In this document: piece by piece, positions 29,776 through 41,775 of the stretch | How positions within the stretch are numbered: the first letter of the stretch is position 1 | Layout: each line of letters starts with the position of its first letter | Assembly (NCBI RefSeq): GCF_030604785.1 | Contig: NZ_JAUVVF010000002.1 | Coordinates: forward strand, 12,041 to 76,040 | Reading direction: 5' to 3' | Length of the DNA: 64,000 nt | Source: Paracoccus sp. (in: a-proteobacteria) | GTDB lineage: Bacteria > Pseudomonadota > Alphaproteobacteria > Rhodobacterales > Rhodobacteraceae | Made by a program: the position numbers and the translations under genes | Notes under the pieces: generated by a model | Told to the model about the DNA's origin: nothing | The model's input: only the letters and a program-made list of their open reading frames with translations | Databases searched by the model: none

Positions 29776-30501
29776 TCAGCGGTTCGGGTCGGGCTCGAAG
29801 GTCGAGAAATCGACCATCGTGCCAAGCACCTGGAGATAGGCGATCAGGGCATCCATCTCGGTCAGCTGCGGCTGGCGGTCGAAATTGCGGACCTGCGCGC
29901 CGGGATAGCGCGATTGCAGCGCCGAGAGGTCACCGAACTCGTCGGCTTGGGTGCGGAAATCGGCCACGGCGTTCTGGATCATCTCGTCGGTATAGGGCAC
30001 GCCCACGCGGCGGTCGGCCACCAGACGCTGCTGGATGTGGTCGGTGTGGATCACCCGGTCCAGCAAGAAGCCGTATTTCGGCATGATCGATTCCGGCACC
30101 ACCGATTGCGGGTCGCGCAAGTGGTCGATGTGCCATTCGTCCGAATAGCGTCCGCCGACACGCGCTAGGTCCGGCCCGGTGCGCTTGGAGCCCCACTGGA
30201 ACGGGTGGTCATACATCGATTCCGCCGCCAGGCTGTAATGGCCGTAACGCTCGACCTCGTCGCGCATGGGGCGGATCATCTGGCTGTGGCAGACATAGCA
30301 GCCTTCGCGGATGTAGATGTCGCGGCCCGCCAGTTCCAGCGGCGTGTAGGGGCGGACGCCCTCGACCTTCTCGATCGTGTTCTCAAGGTAGAACAGGGGC
30401 GTGATCTGGACGATGCCGCCGATGGTGACGACCAGGAACGAGAAGACCAGCAGAAGCGTGGCGTTCTTTTCAAGGATCTTGTGCTTTTCGAGAATGCGCA
30501 T
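29776..30501 (-). CDS. ccoO: cbb3-type oxidase subunit II
   Basis: [28 protein letters not shown]. Confidence 0.97.
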   Translation of the reverse strand: MRILEKHKILEKNATLLLVFSFLVVTIGGIVQITPLFYLENTIEKVEGVRPYTPLELAGRDIYIREGCYVCHSQMIRPMRDEVERYGHYSLAAESMYDHPFQWGSKRTGPDLARVGGRYSDEWHIDHLRDPQSVVPESIMPKYGFLLDRVIHTDHIQQRLVADRRVGVPYTDEMIQNAVADFRTQADEFGDLSALQSRYPGAQVRNFDRQPQLTEMDALIAYLQVLGTMVDFSTFEPDPNR

Positions 30502-30513
30502 CGAAAGCCCCCC

Positions 30514-32115
<1,602 letters not shown>

Positions 32116-32227
32116 CTCGCTGTCCCCGTTGGCATCGGCGTCGCGTCCCCTTCTGCGCCCGCGCCGAATCGCTTCGGCGGCAGGGCTGTCGATGGTCAGG
32201 GGATAGGGGCAGGCGGCTCTCGAATCC

Positions 32228-32241
32228 TTGATCTGGGTCAA
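32228..32241. promoter_or_regulatory. FNR/FnrP box, ccoN-proximal
   Basis: TTGAT-CTGG-GTCAA. Confidence 0.88.
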
Positions 32242-32250
32242 ATCCGGGGG

Positions 32251-32264
32251 TTGACGCGGATCAA
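32251..32264. promoter_or_regulatory. FNR/FnrP box, usp-proximal
   Basis: TTGAC-GCGG-ATCAA; -41.5 geometry gives a start near 32299, 20 nt above the usp ATG. Confidence 0.88.
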
Positions 32265-32318
32265 GGCAAAAGGTCGCATCAGGGCGCAGGATGCCATCGT
32301 GACCGAAAGGAGCCCGCC

Positions 32319-33155
32319 ATGGCCTACAAGACGATCCTCACGATCCTGACCGATCCGGCGCAGACGCCCCAGCTTGACGCGGCAGCCCAGCTTGCCGTGC
32401 GCGAGGATGCCCATCTCGAAGTGCTGTGCCTCGGCATCGACCTCAGCCAGCCGGGATATTTCTTCCCCGGCGGCACCGCCTACATGCTGCAGGACGCCAT
32501 CGACACCGCCTTGGCCGATGCCGAACGGCTGGAGGCCGCGGTGCGGGCGCGTCTGGCACCTGCCAGCGACCTGCGCTGGTCGGTGGACAGCGCGGTCGCG
32601 CAAAGCGGCGGCATTCCGGCGCTGGTCGGCCTACGGGCGCGATTCGCCGATCTGACCGTGTTGGTCAGCCCCTATGCCAAGGGCCAGCCCGCCGAGGCCG
32701 AGATCATCGCCGAGGCCGCCCTGTTCGAGGGCGGCTGCCCCGTCCTCGTCCTGCCCCATGCCGAGATCCCGGCCAATCTGCGCCGGGTTCTGGTCGCCTG
32801 GAACCAGTCGGCCGAGGCGCTGGCCGCGATCCGCCGGGCGCTGCCCCTGCTGCGTGCCGCCGACCGGGTCGAGGTGACCTGCATCGATCCCCGCCGCAGC
32901 AGCCCCGAGCGTTCGGATCCGGGCGGATCGCTGACGCAGATGCTGGTCCGCCACGGGGTGCGGGCGGAAATCGCGGTGCTGGCGCGCACCGCGCCCACGA
33001 TCAGCGACGAGCTGAACCGCCGCGCGGTCGAGATCGGCGCAGACCTGATCGTGATGGGCGCCTATGGCCATTCGCGGTTCCGGCAGGCAATCCTGGGCGG
33101 GGCGACGCGCAACATGCTTGAAAAGTCCGCCGTGCCGGTTCTGATGGCCCGCTGA
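32319..33155 (+). CDS. Universal stress protein, tandem Usp domains
   Basis: [29 protein letters not shown]. Confidence 0.92.
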   Translation: MAYKTILTILTDPAQTPQLDAAAQLAVREDAHLEVLCLGIDLSQPGYFFPGGTAYMLQDAIDTALADAERLEAAVRARLAPASDLRWSVDSAVAQSGGIPALVGLRARFADLTVLVSPYAKGQPAEAEIIAEAALFEGGCPVLVLPHAEIPANLRRVLVAWNQSAEALAAIRRALPLLRAADRVEVTCIDPRRSSPERSDPGGSLTQMLVRHGVRAEIAVLARTAPTISDELNRRAVEIGADLIVMGAYGHSRFRQAILGGATRNMLEKSAVPVLMAR

Positions 33156-33184
33156 ACCGCGCGCGGCCCGCGGGGTCGGGCGCA

Positions 33185-33220
33185 GGGGGGTCCGGGGGGA
33201 CGGCCAGTCCCCCCGGACCC
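33185..33220. repeat. REP-like palindrome or bidirectional terminator
   Basis: 14-bp perfect stem GGGTCCGGGGGGAC-ggcca-GTCCCCCCGGACCC between convergent usp and queE. Confidence 0.7.
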
Positions 33221-33262
33221 TCGCGGGACGCCATACGCCGCCCGCTGCAAAAAGCGCCCGCC

Positions 33263-33973
33263 TCAGACGCCGCGCAGGTTGCCCCAGAGCAGCACGTGAA
33301 GCTGCGGCAGCACGCGGGGCCGGAACCATCGGTCCTCGGTCACCATCTCGACCAGCCAGCGCAGCCGGTCGGCCACGTCCTGCGCCGCAACCGGGCTGTC
33401 GGGGTCCACATCTGGATTGCCCGGCTGAAGGTAAAGCGGCAGGTCCGGCCAATCCTCGGCCAGCGCCCGTGCCCAATCGTAATCGCGCCGGTCGAACACC
33501 ACGATCTTCAGCACCGCCTGCCCCGCGCCCTGCCCCGCCGCGATGCAGGCCGCAAGGGCCGCACGGTCGGGCGTCTCGCCGCTGGAGGGGGGTTTGGGGC
33601 TGAGGACCAGGACATCCAGCGCCCCGAACCAGTCCCGCGCGATGGAACCCTGCGTTTCCAGCGCAAAACGGTAGCCCCGGGCCCGGCCAAGCGCGATCAG
33701 CGGGCCGAAATCCTGGATCGCCGGGTTGCCCCCCGAGATCGAGACCGTCAGAGGCCGCCCGCCCGACAGCCGCGTGACCTCGGCCCAGACGGCCTCGGGC
33801 GACATCGCCGCCCATTGGTCGCGGAAGGCGCTGTCCACCGCATGCATCGAATCGCACCAGGAACAGCGGTAATCGCATCCCCCCGCGCGGACAAAGACCG
33901 TGGGCTCTCCGATCAGCACACCCTCGCCCTGGATGGTCGGGCCGAAGATCTCGGCGATGCGAAGGGCACTCAT
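33263..33973 (-). CDS. queE: 7-carboxy-7-deazaguanine synthase
   Basis: [45 protein letters not shown]. Confidence 0.95.
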   Translation of the reverse strand: MSALRIAEIFGPTIQGEGVLIGEPTVFVRAGGCDYRCSWCDSMHAVDSAFRDQWAAMSPEAVWAEVTRLSGGRPLTVSISGGNPAIQDFGPLIALGRARGYRFALETQGSIARDWFGALDVLVLSPKPPSSGETPDRAALAACIAAGQGAGQAVLKIVVFDRRDYDWARALAEDWPDLPLYLQPGNPDVDPDSPVAAQDVADRLRWLVEMVTEDRWFRPRVLPQLHVLLWGNLRGV

Positions 33974-34323
33974 GGCCGATACTCGGCCCAGGTCTTCGGC
34001 GTCTCGCTGACCTTGACGGCGCTGGTCTCGGGCCAGCGGGCGCGGCACCAGTCGAAGAAGTGACGGGCCAAGTTTTCGGCGGTCGAGGGGACCTCCAGCA
34101 GGTCGTTCAGGTGCCGGTGGTCGAACTGGCCGTCGATATAGTCCTTCAGCGGCTTCAGCTCGTGATAATCGCGCACGAATCCGTCGGGGTTCAGATCAGG
34201 CGCGGCCAGTTCGACGACAACGGTGTAGTTGTGGCCATGCAGGCGGGCGCATTGGTGGTCGGGCGCCAGGTGGTCCAGCCGGTGCGAGGCGCTGAAGTGG
34301 AACTCCTTGCTGATCCGGAACAT
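33970..34323 (-). CDS. queD: 6-carboxytetrahydropterin synthase
   Basis: [33 protein letters not shown]. Confidence 0.95.
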   Translation of the reverse strand: MFRISKEFHFSASHRLDHLAPDHQCARLHGHNYTVVVELAAPDLNPDGFVRDYHELKPLKDYIDGQFDHRHLNDLLEVPSTAENLARHFFDWCRARWPETSAVKVSETPKTWAEYRP

Positions 34324-35027
34324 CACGCCGCCCCCTGCCGCGACGTGACCGCCGCGCGCCAGAAATCGGGATCGTCGTATTCGGTCGGATCGGGGATGCC
34401 CGCCAGATCGAAGGCCTCGCGCCGCTCGACGCAGGTGCCGCAGCGCCCGCAATGGCGCGTCCCGCCCTTGTAGCAGGACCAGGTCTGCGCGAAGGGCGTG
34501 CCGGCTTGCGCGCCCGCTGCGACTATGTCGGCCTTGGTGGCGCGGACAAAGGGCACGTCCAGCGCGATATCGGCGTAGCCGTCCAGCGCGGCCTTCTGCA
34601 TGGCGGCGAAGGCGTCGGTGAAATCCGGCCGGCAATCCGGATAGATGAAGTGATCGCCGCCATGGACCGCCGCCGCGACCGCCTGATCGCCATTGGCCGC
34701 CGCGATGCCGAAGGCGATGGTCAGCATGATCGCGTTGCGATTCGGCACCACCGTGATGCGCATGGTTTTCTCGGCATAATGGCCGTCAGGAACCGCGACA
34801 TCGTCAGTCAACGCCGACCCGGTCAGCGCCGCGCCCAGACCGGACAGATCGACGAGGTGAAACGGCACGCCCAGCCTTTCAGCGCAGGCGCGGGCATGGT
34901 CCAGTTCCTTGCGGTGGCGCTGGCCGTAATCGAAGCTGACGATGCGCGAGAGCCGCCCCCGGGCGGCAAGGACATGGGCAAGCGAGACGGAGTCCAGCCC
35001 GCCCGAGCAGACGAGAGTGGTGTTCAT
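34323..35027 (-). CDS. queC: 7-cyano-7-deazaguanine synthase
   Basis: SGGLDS, YGQRH, VPNRN, YPDCRP, WSCY...HCGRCGTC. Confidence 0.96.
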   Translation of the reverse strand: MNTTLVCSGGLDSVSLAHVLAARGRLSRIVSFDYGQRHRKELDHARACAERLGVPFHLVDLSGLGAALTGSALTDDVAVPDGHYAEKTMRITVVPNRNAIMLTIAFGIAAANGDQAVAAAVHGGDHFIYPDCRPDFTDAFAAMQKAALDGYADIALDVPFVRATKADIVAAGAQAGTPFAQTWSCYKGGTRHCGRCGTCVERREAFDLAGIPDPTEYDDPDFWRAAVTSRQGAA

Positions 35028-35033
35028 AGGTGA

Positions 35034-35069
35034 CCCTTGTTTTTGTGACCCGGGTAGGCTGCGACCGGG
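35034..35069 (-). ncRNA. preQ1-I riboswitch, type I-like, translational
   Basis: CCCGG-UCGCAGCCUAC-CCGGG-UCACAAAAACAAGGG: 5-bp P1, UCGCAG loop, A-rich tail ending in the SD 6 nt before the queC ATG. Confidence 0.85.
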
Positions 35070-35137
35070 AAAGCGCCCCTTAGCAGGAACGGGCGTCCGC
35101 GAAAAGAGCGGGGCGGCGCGGCGGCCGATGGGTCGCA

Positions 35138-35201
35138 GGGGGGCGCTGCCCCCCATCGCGCAAGGCGCGATTCCCCCCGGGATATTTGACCCAAGGCAAA
35201 G
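35138..35201. repeat. REP-like element, long copy
   Basis: G6-cgctg-C6 hairpin, second hairpin, then CCCCCCGGGATATTTGACCCAAGGCAAAG; tail shared with 61967-62035. Confidence 0.8.
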
Positions 35202-35214
35202 CGGCAGGGGGGGT

Positions 35215-35991
35215 TCAGCTGAGGCAGCCGCCGTCGGAATCGTCGCCGGATTCGTCCACGAGACGCGCGAAATCGGGCAGAATGACGCCGCGCTTGCCCT
35301 GAAGCTGGATCACTCCGTCGCGTTTCAGCGCGCTGACCTGACGGCTGACCGTTTCCAGCGTCAGGCCGAGATAATCGGCCATCGCCTCGCGCGTCAGGGG
35401 CAGTTCCAGTTCCATCCGGCCGCCGGGCTGGCGCTTGTGCAGGGACGCCTCGCGCCGGGCGATGATGGCGATGAAGGATGCGATCTTCTCGCGCGCGGTC
35501 TTGCGGCCCAGAAGCAGCATCCATTCGCGCGCCGCGTCGAGTTCGTCGAGCGTCATTTCCAGCAGCCGATGCGCGATATGGGGCGTCTTGCGCATCAGAT
35601 CGTCGAAGGGGCGGCGGCGGAAGCAGCAGAGCACGACCCGCGTCGTGGCGGTCGCGTTATAGGCCGCGCGGTCGCGGCCCGGGCGGCCGAGAAAGTCGCT
35701 TGGCAGCAGCAGCCCCACCATCTGGGTGCGCCCGTCCTCGAGCGTCTGGGTCAGCGTGGCCACCCCCGAGACGACCGAGCCCACGAAATCCATCCGGTCG
35801 CCTTCCCAGACGATGGGCTGGCCGGCCTCGTAGCTGCGGTAGAACTTGATTTCCTCGAGGCGCTGCAATTCGTCGCCTTCGCAATGAGCGCAGACGGCCC
35901 GGTAGCGGATCGGGCACTCGGAACAGCTGACATCGCCATGGGGGGCAGAGGTCGTGCAGCTGTTGATCTGGGTCAAGGTCTGTTGGCGCAT
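35215..35991 (-). CDS. fnrP: Fe-S Crp/Fnr regulator FnrP/FnrL
   Basis: CSECPIRYRAVCAHC cluster, LCCF, GRKTAREK, HTH LGLTLETVSR; exact start uncertain. Confidence 0.93.
   Translation of the reverse strand: MRQQTLTQINSCTTSAPHGDVSCSECPIRYRAVCAHCEGDELQRLEEIKFYRSYEAGQPIVWEGDRMDFVGSVVSGVATLTQTLEDGRTQMVGLLLPSDFLGRPGRDRAAYNATATTRVVLCCFRRRPFDDLMRKTPHIAHRLLEMTLDELDAAREWMLLLGRKTAREKIASFIAIIARREASLHKRQPGGRMELELPLTREAMADYLGLTLETVSRQVSALKRDGVIQLQGKRGVILPDFARLVDESGDDSDGGCLS
35963..35976. promoter_or_regulatory. FNR/FnrP box upstream of hemN, inside the fnrP 5' coding region
   Basis: TTGAT-CTGG-GTCAA, identical to the ccoN-proximal box. Confidence 0.82.
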
Positions 35992-36011
35992 CCTCCCCTA
36001 GAGATAGCGCC

Positions 36012-37367
36012 ATGAACACGATTTCGCAACTCAGACGACTCGGTCTGTTCGAGGCCCGTGCCCCGCGCTACACGAGCTATCCGCCCGCGACGCAATTCGG
36101 GCCGGCGGTCGACGCGCCCCTGGTGGCGGGCTGGATCGGCGCGATCCCCGCCGGGGCGGCGATATCGCTTTATGTGCATATCCCGTTCTGCCGCCGGCTG
36201 TGCTGGTTCTGCGCCTGCCGCACGCAAGGCACGCAGAGCATGGACCCGGTGCGCGCCTATCTGGACACGCTTCTGGCCGAGATCGCGGCCCTGCGGGCGC
36301 GGATGGCGCCGGGCGTGCGGCTGTCGCGGCTGCATTGGGGCGGCGGGACGCCCACGCTTCTGGAGCCGGGCATGATCGCCGAGCTGGCCGGTGCGATCCG
36401 CGCGGCTTTTCCCATGATCGCGGGCGGCGAATTCTCGGTCGAGATCGACCCGTCCGAGATCGATGCGCCACGGATGGCCGCGCTGGCGGCGGCGGGGATG
36501 AACCGCGCCTCGATCGGGGTGCAGGATTTCGACCCGCTGATCCAGGAGACGATCGGCAGGCCGCAGGGATTCGAGCTGACCGCCGCCGCCGTCGACCTGA
36601 TCCGTGGCCATGGCATCGGCAGCCTGAATGTCGACCTGCTTTACGGCCTGCCCCACCAGAACCGCGCCCGCATGGCCGAGACCGTGCAGAAGGTGCTGGC
36701 GCTGCAGCCCGACCGGGTGGCGCTGTACGGCTATGCCCATGTGCCGTGGATGTCCAAGCGGCAGGTGATGATCCCCGACCACGCCCTGCCCGATGGCGAG
36801 GCGCGGCTGGACCTGTTTGACACCGCCCGCGCGCTGTTCGTGGCCGACGGGCTGGCCGAGATCGGGATCGACCATTTCGCCAGCCCCGCCGACGGTCTGG
36901 CCCGCGCCCTGGCCGAGGGGCGGCTGCGGCGCAATTTCCAGGGCTACACCGACGATCCGGCCGAGATCCTGCTGGGGCTGGGGGCGTCCTCGATTTCGCG
37001 CTTTCCGCAAGGCTATGCCCAGAACGCCCCGGCGACCGGGGTCTATACCGCCGCGATCCGTGCGGGCCTGCTGCCGGTGACGCGCGGCCACGCGTTCAGC
37101 GCCGAGGATCTGTGGCGCGGCCGCATGATCGAGATGCTGATGTGCGAGTTCCGCATCGACATGGCCGAGATCGCCGACCGGTTCGGCGTGACCGAGGACC
37201 GCCAGCGCGCGCTGTTCGCGCCGCTGCTGGCGCGGTTCGGCTCCGTCCTGCGGCTGGAACCGGGCGCGCTGACCATCACGCCCGAGGGGCGGCCCCTCAC
37301 GCGGATGCTGGCGCAGGGGCTGGACGCCTATGCGGTGGCCGAGGGCAGCCATTCCTCGGCGGTCTGA
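36012..37367 (+). CDS. hemN: Oxygen-independent coproporphyrinogen III oxidase
   Basis: PRYTSYPPA, YVHIPFCRRLCWFC, HWGGGTP, RNFQGY. Confidence 0.95.
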   Translation: MNTISQLRRLGLFEARAPRYTSYPPATQFGPAVDAPLVAGWIGAIPAGAAISLYVHIPFCRRLCWFCACRTQGTQSMDPVRAYLDTLLAEIAALRARMAPGVRLSRLHWGGGTPTLLEPGMIAELAGAIRAAFPMIAGGEFSVEIDPSEIDAPRMAALAAAGMNRASIGVQDFDPLIQETIGRPQGFELTAAAVDLIRGHGIGSLNVDLLYGLPHQNRARMAETVQKVLALQPDRVALYGYAHVPWMSKRQVMIPDHALPDGEARLDLFDTARALFVADGLAEIGIDHFASPADGLARALAEGRLRRNFQGYTDDPAEILLGLGASSISRFPQGYAQNAPATGVYTAAIRAGLLPVTRGHAFSAEDLWRGRMIEMLMCEFRIDMAEIADRFGVTEDRQRALFAPLLARFGSVLRLEPGALTITPEGRPLTRMLAQGLDAYAVAEGSHSSAV

Positions 37368-37373
37368 TGGTCT

Positions 37374-40172
37374 TCAGTGCGCCTCGGCCCAGTTCAGGCC
37401 GTGACCGGCATCCACGACCAGCGGCACGGACAGCTTGACCGTCGGTTCGGCGGCGGCCTCCATCACCTCGCGCGCGCGGGCGATGAGGCTGTCGACCGCA
37501 TCCTCGGCCACCTCGAAGACCAGTTCGTCATGGACCTGCAGCAGCATCCGCGCGGGCAGATCCGCGATGGCGGCGGGCATGCGGATCATCGCGCGGCGGA
37601 TGATGTCGGCGGCCGCGCCCTGGATCGGGGCGTTGATCGCCGCGCGGCGGGCACCGCCTGCCGCCGGGCCCGACTGGTTGATGCCCGGCGTGTTGATGCG
37701 CCGCCCGAAGAGGGTCCGCACCGAGCCGTCCGCTTTCGCATCCGCCACCGTGCGGTCCATATAGGCGCGGATTTCCGGGAAGCGTTCGAAATAGGTGTCG
37801 ATGAAGCTTTGCGCCTCGGCCCGCGGGATGCGCAGGTTGCGCGACAGGCCGAAGCCCGAGATTCCGTAGATCACGCCGAAATTGATCGCCTTGGCCTGGC
37901 GGCGGATCATCGGGTCCATCCCCTCGACCGGGACGCCGAACATCTGGCTGGCGGTCATGGCGTGGATGTCGATCCCCTCGCGGAAGGCCTGTTTCAGCGC
38001 CGGGATGTCCGCCACATGGGCCAGGATGCGCAATTCGATCTGGCTGTAATCCAGCGCGACCAGCCGGTGGCCTGACGGCGCGACAAAGGCCTGCCGGATG
38101 CGCCGCCCCTCGTCGCTGCGGATCGGGATGTTCTGCAGGTTCGGATCGGTCGAGGCCAGCCGCCCGGTCTGCGCCCCCGCGATGGAATAGCTGGTATGGA
38201 CCCGCCCGGTTTCCGGGTTCACATAGGTCGGCAGCGCGTCGGTATAGGTGGATTTCAGCTTGCTGATCTGGCGCCAGTCCAGCACGCGGGCCGGCAGATC
38301 GTGGCCCTCGGCGGCCAGATCCTCCAGCACGTCAGCGCTGGTGGAAAAGGCGCCGGTCTTGCCCTGCTTGCCGCCCGCCAGACCCATGCGGTCGAACAGG
38401 ATCTCGCCCAGTTGCTTGGGGCTGCCGATGTTGAACGGGGTTCCGGCCAGTTCATGGATCTCGGCTTCCAGCCCCGCCATCTTCTGGGCAAAGGCGTTCG
38501 ACATGCGCCCCAGGACGTCGGTGTCGATGCGGATGCCCGCCATCTCCATCTCGGCCAGGACGGGGATCATCGGCGCTTCCAGCGTCTGATAGACGGTCGT
38601 CACGCGCTCGATCGGCAGCATCGGCGCGAAAGTGCGATAAAGCCGCAGCGTCACGTCCGCATCCTCGGCCGCATAGGGCGCGGCCTTGTCGATGGCGACC
38701 TGGGCAAAGTTGATCTGGCTTTTGCCCGACCCGATCAGGTCCTTGATCGGGATGCATTTGTGGCCGAGATAACGCTCGGCCAGTTCGTCCATGCCGTGAT
38801 TGTGGGTGCCCGCATTCAGCGCATAGGACATCAGCATCGTGTCGGCCACTGGCGCCATGCGGATGCCGTGGCGGGCAAGGATCTTCCAGTCGTATTTGAG
38901 GTTCTGGCCGATCTTCAGCGTGGCCGGATCCTCAAGCACCGGCTTCAGCGCGGCCAGCACCGGCTGCGGGTCCAGCTGGCCCGGCACGCGGGCCAACTGG
39001 CCGAACAGATCGTCGCCCCCCGCCATATGGTTCAGCGGCACATAGCAGGCCCGGCCCGGCGCCACCGCCAGCGAGATGCCGACCAGATCGGCCTGCATCT
39101 CATCGAGGCTGGTCGTCTCGGTGTCGATGGCGACGGCCCCGGCCTCGCGGATGGCGGCGATCCACGCCTCCAGCGCGGCCATGTCGGTCACGGTCTCGTA
39201 GGCCGCAGCGTCGATGGCGGGCAGGTCCGGCGCGGCAGGCGCCTGACTGGGGGGCGCTGCCTGGATCGCCGGGGCCTCGGCGCCCAGCCTTTCGGCCACG
39301 CGGGCGGTCAGGGTGCGGAACTCCATCTCGGACAGGAAGGCCAGCAGGCGCTCGGCCTCGGGGGCGCGGACGCCCAGATCCTCCAGCGGGCGGTCCAGCG
39401 GCGTATCGCCGTCCAGCTGCACCAGCTGTCGCGAGATGCGGATCTGTTCGGCATGGTCGATCAGGGTCTGGCGGCGCTTGGGCTGCTTGATCTCGGCCGC
39501 GCGGTCCAGCAGCGCGTCCAGATCGCCGAATTCCTGGATCAGCAGTGCGGCGGTCTTGATCCCGATGCCGGGCGCGCCGGGGACGTTGTCCACCGAATCG
39601 CCGGCCAAAGCCTGCACATCGACCACGCGGTCGGGGCCGACGCCGAATTTCTCGAACACCTCGTCGGGGCCGATGACCTTGCCCTTGATCGGGTCCAGCA
39701 TCTCGACCCCGTCGCCGACCAGCTGCATCAGGTCCTTGTCGCTGCTGACGATGGTAACGCGGCCCCCGGCCTCGCGGGCATGCCGGGCATAGGCGGCGAT
39801 GATGTCGTCGGCCTCGTAGCCCTCGGTCTCGATGCAGGCGATGTTGAAGGCGCGGGTCGCGTCGCGGGTCAGCGGGAATTGCGGGCGCAGATCCTCGGGC
39901 GGCTCGGGGCGGTTCGCCTTGTAGGCGGGATAGATCTCGTTGCGGAAGGTCTTGGAGGAATGGTCGAAGATCACCGCCGCATGGGTCGGCGCCTCGCTGC
40001 CATTGCCGTCCTGGACGTATTTCCACAGCATGTTGCAGAAGCCCGCGACCGCGCCCACCGGCAGGCCGTCGGATTTGCGGGTCAGCGGCGGCAGCGCGTG
40101 ATAGGCGCGGAAGATGAAGGCCGATCCGTCGATCAGATGCAGATGGCAGCCCTTGCCGAATGCGTCGCCCAT
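37374..40172 (-). CDS. polA: DNA polymerase I
   Basis: LIDGS 5'-3' exo, IDTETT 3'-5' exo, [28 protein letters not shown]. Confidence 0.98.
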   Translation of the reverse strand: MGDAFGKGCHLHLIDGSAFIFRAYHALPPLTRKSDGLPVGAVAGFCNMLWKYVQDGNGSEAPTHAAVIFDHSSKTFRNEIYPAYKANRPEPPEDLRPQFPLTRDATRAFNIACIETEGYEADDIIAAYARHAREAGGRVTIVSSDKDLMQLVGDGVEMLDPIKGKVIGPDEVFEKFGVGPDRVVDVQALAGDSVDNVPGAPGIGIKTAALLIQEFGDLDALLDRAAEIKQPKRRQTLIDHAEQIRISRQLVQLDGDTPLDRPLEDLGVRAPEAERLLAFLSEMEFRTLTARVAERLGAEAPAIQAAPPSQAPAAPDLPAIDAAAYETVTDMAALEAWIAAIREAGAVAIDTETTSLDEMQADLVGISLAVAPGRACYVPLNHMAGGDDLFGQLARVPGQLDPQPVLAALKPVLEDPATLKIGQNLKYDWKILARHGIRMAPVADTMLMSYALNAGTHNHGMDELAERYLGHKCIPIKDLIGSGKSQINFAQVAIDKAAPYAAEDADVTLRLYRTFAPMLPIERVTTVYQTLEAPMIPVLAEMEMAGIRIDTDVLGRMSNAFAQKMAGLEAEIHELAGTPFNIGSPKQLGEILFDRMGLAGGKQGKTGAFSTSADVLEDLAAEGHDLPARVLDWRQISKLKSTYTDALPTYVNPETGRVHTSYSIAGAQTGRLASTDPNLQNIPIRSDEGRRIRQAFVAPSGHRLVALDYSQIELRILAHVADIPALKQAFREGIDIHAMTASQMFGVPVEGMDPMIRRQAKAINFGVIYGISGFGLSRNLRIPRAEAQSFIDTYFERFPEIRAYMDRTVADAKADGSVRTLFGRRINTPGINQSGPAAGGARRAAINAPIQGAAADIIRRAMIRMPAAIADLPARMLLQVHDELVFEVAEDAVDSLIARAREVMEAAAEPTVKLSVPLVVDAGHGLNWAEAH

Positions 40173-40247
40173 GCTCACCTCATCATGCTGGTCCGGCCCG
40201 CCTTGTGCCACGGGCCGCCGGATTTCGCCAGCCGCCGAGGACAGATC

Positions 40248-40436
40248 ATGGCAAGGATGCGCCGCAAGTCAGACCTTCCGCAGAAGACTTGCGCGACCTG
40301 CGGGCTGCCGTTCAGCTGGCGCAAGAAATGGGAACGCGACTGGGATCAGGTGCGCTACTGCTCGGACAGGTGCCGGTCCGGATCAAAGCGCAAGGATGGC
40401 AAGGGGGCGCCGGGCGGCAAGGCCGCCCCGGATTGA
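40248..40436 (+). CDS. DUF2256-like small Cys protein
   Basis: [34 protein letters not shown]. Confidence 0.85.
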   Translation: MARMRRKSDLPQKTCATCGLPFSWRKKWERDWDQVRYCSDRCRSGSKRKDGKGAPGGKAAPD

Positions 40437-40498
40437 GGGCCCCTCGACGGGGCCCGAGATCCGTGCCGGGCCGGGACGGAATGTCGCGGCCCCGACAG

Positions 40499-40681
40499 TC
40501 AGTGGTCGTCGTGGGCGTGGTCGCGGTCGATCACGAAGCGCTTGTCGCAATAGCCGCAATCGACGAAGCCTGTCTCGGGGCTGATCGCCAGCCAGACGCG
40601 GGGATGGCCCAGACCGGCCGCATCGTCGCCATCGCAGCACACCCGCCAGCGCGTCACGACCTCGGTGACGGGGGCGGGCAT
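40499..40681 (-). CDS. zf-CHCC protein, NUMM/NDUFS6-like complex I accessory subunit
   Basis: CDG...LGHPRVWL...CGYCDKRF zinc motif; alternative start 40744. Confidence 0.85.
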   Translation of the reverse strand: MPAPVTEVVTRWRVCCDGDDAAGLGHPRVWLAISPETGFVDCGYCDKRFVIDRDHAHDDH

Positions 40682-40835
40682 CTTCAGGGCCTCGGGGCCC
40701 GTCTCGGTCGAAAGCGAGTTCTCGGGCGTCACGTGCTGGGTCATGGCTGGCCTTCTTGTGGCGGCTTGCATCATCTGGTCTAACCCCCATTACCGCAGCC
40801 CGGCCTGCCACCGCAAGCATTGCGAGACCGACACC

Positions 40836-41759
40836 ATGAGCCACGCCATCCAGATCGAAGGTCTGCGCAAGACCTATGCCGCCCAAGGCAACGCTTCCGC
40901 CAAGGAGGCGCTGAAGGGCATCGACCTGACCATCCCCGCCGGCAGCATCTTCGGCCTCCTGGGCCCCAACGGCGCGGGCAAGTCCACGCTGATCAACATT
41001 CTGGCTGGCCTCGTGAACAAGACCGCCGGCCGCGTCAGCATCTGGGGCTTCGACCAGGACGTGAATCCCCGCCAGTCCCGCGCCGCCATCGGGGTGATGC
41101 CGCAGGAACTGAACATGGACCCGTTCTTCACACCCCGCGCCAGCCTCGAGGTGCAGGCGGGCCTTTACGGCGTTCCGAAATCGGAGCGCTGGACAGATGA
41201 GCTTCTGGCGCTGGTGGGGCTGACCGATCAGGCGGGCGCCTATGCGCGCAACCTGTCTGGCGGCATGAAGCGGCGGCTGCTTCTGGCCAAGGCGCTGGTC
41301 CACCGCCCCCAGATCCTGGTCCTGGACGAGCCGACGGCGGGCGTGGACATCACCCTGCGCCAGATGCTCTGGGCGAATGTGCGAGAGCTGAACCGGCAGG
41401 GGATGACGATCATCCTGACCACGCATTACCTCGAGGAAGCCGAGCAGATGTGCGACGAGATCGCCATCATCAACCATGGCGAACTGGTCATCCGCCAGCC
41501 CACGCGCGACCTTCTGGCGCGGACCGACGGCAAGACGCTGGTGCTGGACACGGGCGGCCCCGTCGATCTGCCCCCCCTGCCCGAAGGCGTCCGGGCCGAG
41601 CGGCGCGCCGACGGGCGGCTAGCGGTCTTCTATCCGCCCTCGCGGCTTCGGGCGGACCGGATCATCGACCTGTTGCGCGGCGCGGGCATTCCGATCATCG
41701 ACGTGGCGACCGAACAGCCCGACCTTGAACAGGTCTTCGTCGAACTGACCAGCAGCTAG
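40836..41759 (+). CDS. ABC-2-type ATP-binding protein with no adjacent permease
   Basis: GPNGAGKS, LSGGMKRR, LDEPTAGVD, TTHYLEEAE. Confidence 0.92.
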   Translation: MSHAIQIEGLRKTYAAQGNASAKEALKGIDLTIPAGSIFGLLGPNGAGKSTLINILAGLVNKTAGRVSIWGFDQDVNPRQSRAAIGVMPQELNMDPFFTPRASLEVQAGLYGVPKSERWTDELLALVGLTDQAGAYARNLSGGMKRRLLLAKALVHRPQILVLDEPTAGVDITLRQMLWANVRELNRQGMTIILTTHYLEEAEQMCDEIAIINHGELVIRQPTRDLLARTDGKTLVLDTGGPVDLPPLPEGVRAERRADGRLAVFYPPSRLRADRIIDLLRGAGIPIIDVATEQPDLEQVFVELTSS

Positions 41760-41775
41760 GGCGCCGCCACCCGGA

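Noticed and set aside
33263-35027. dpd-type 7-deazaguanine DNA modification or defence island
   Set aside because: No dpdA/tgtA5, dpdB-K, helicase or nuclease nearby; the riboswitch fits ordinary queuosine precursor control
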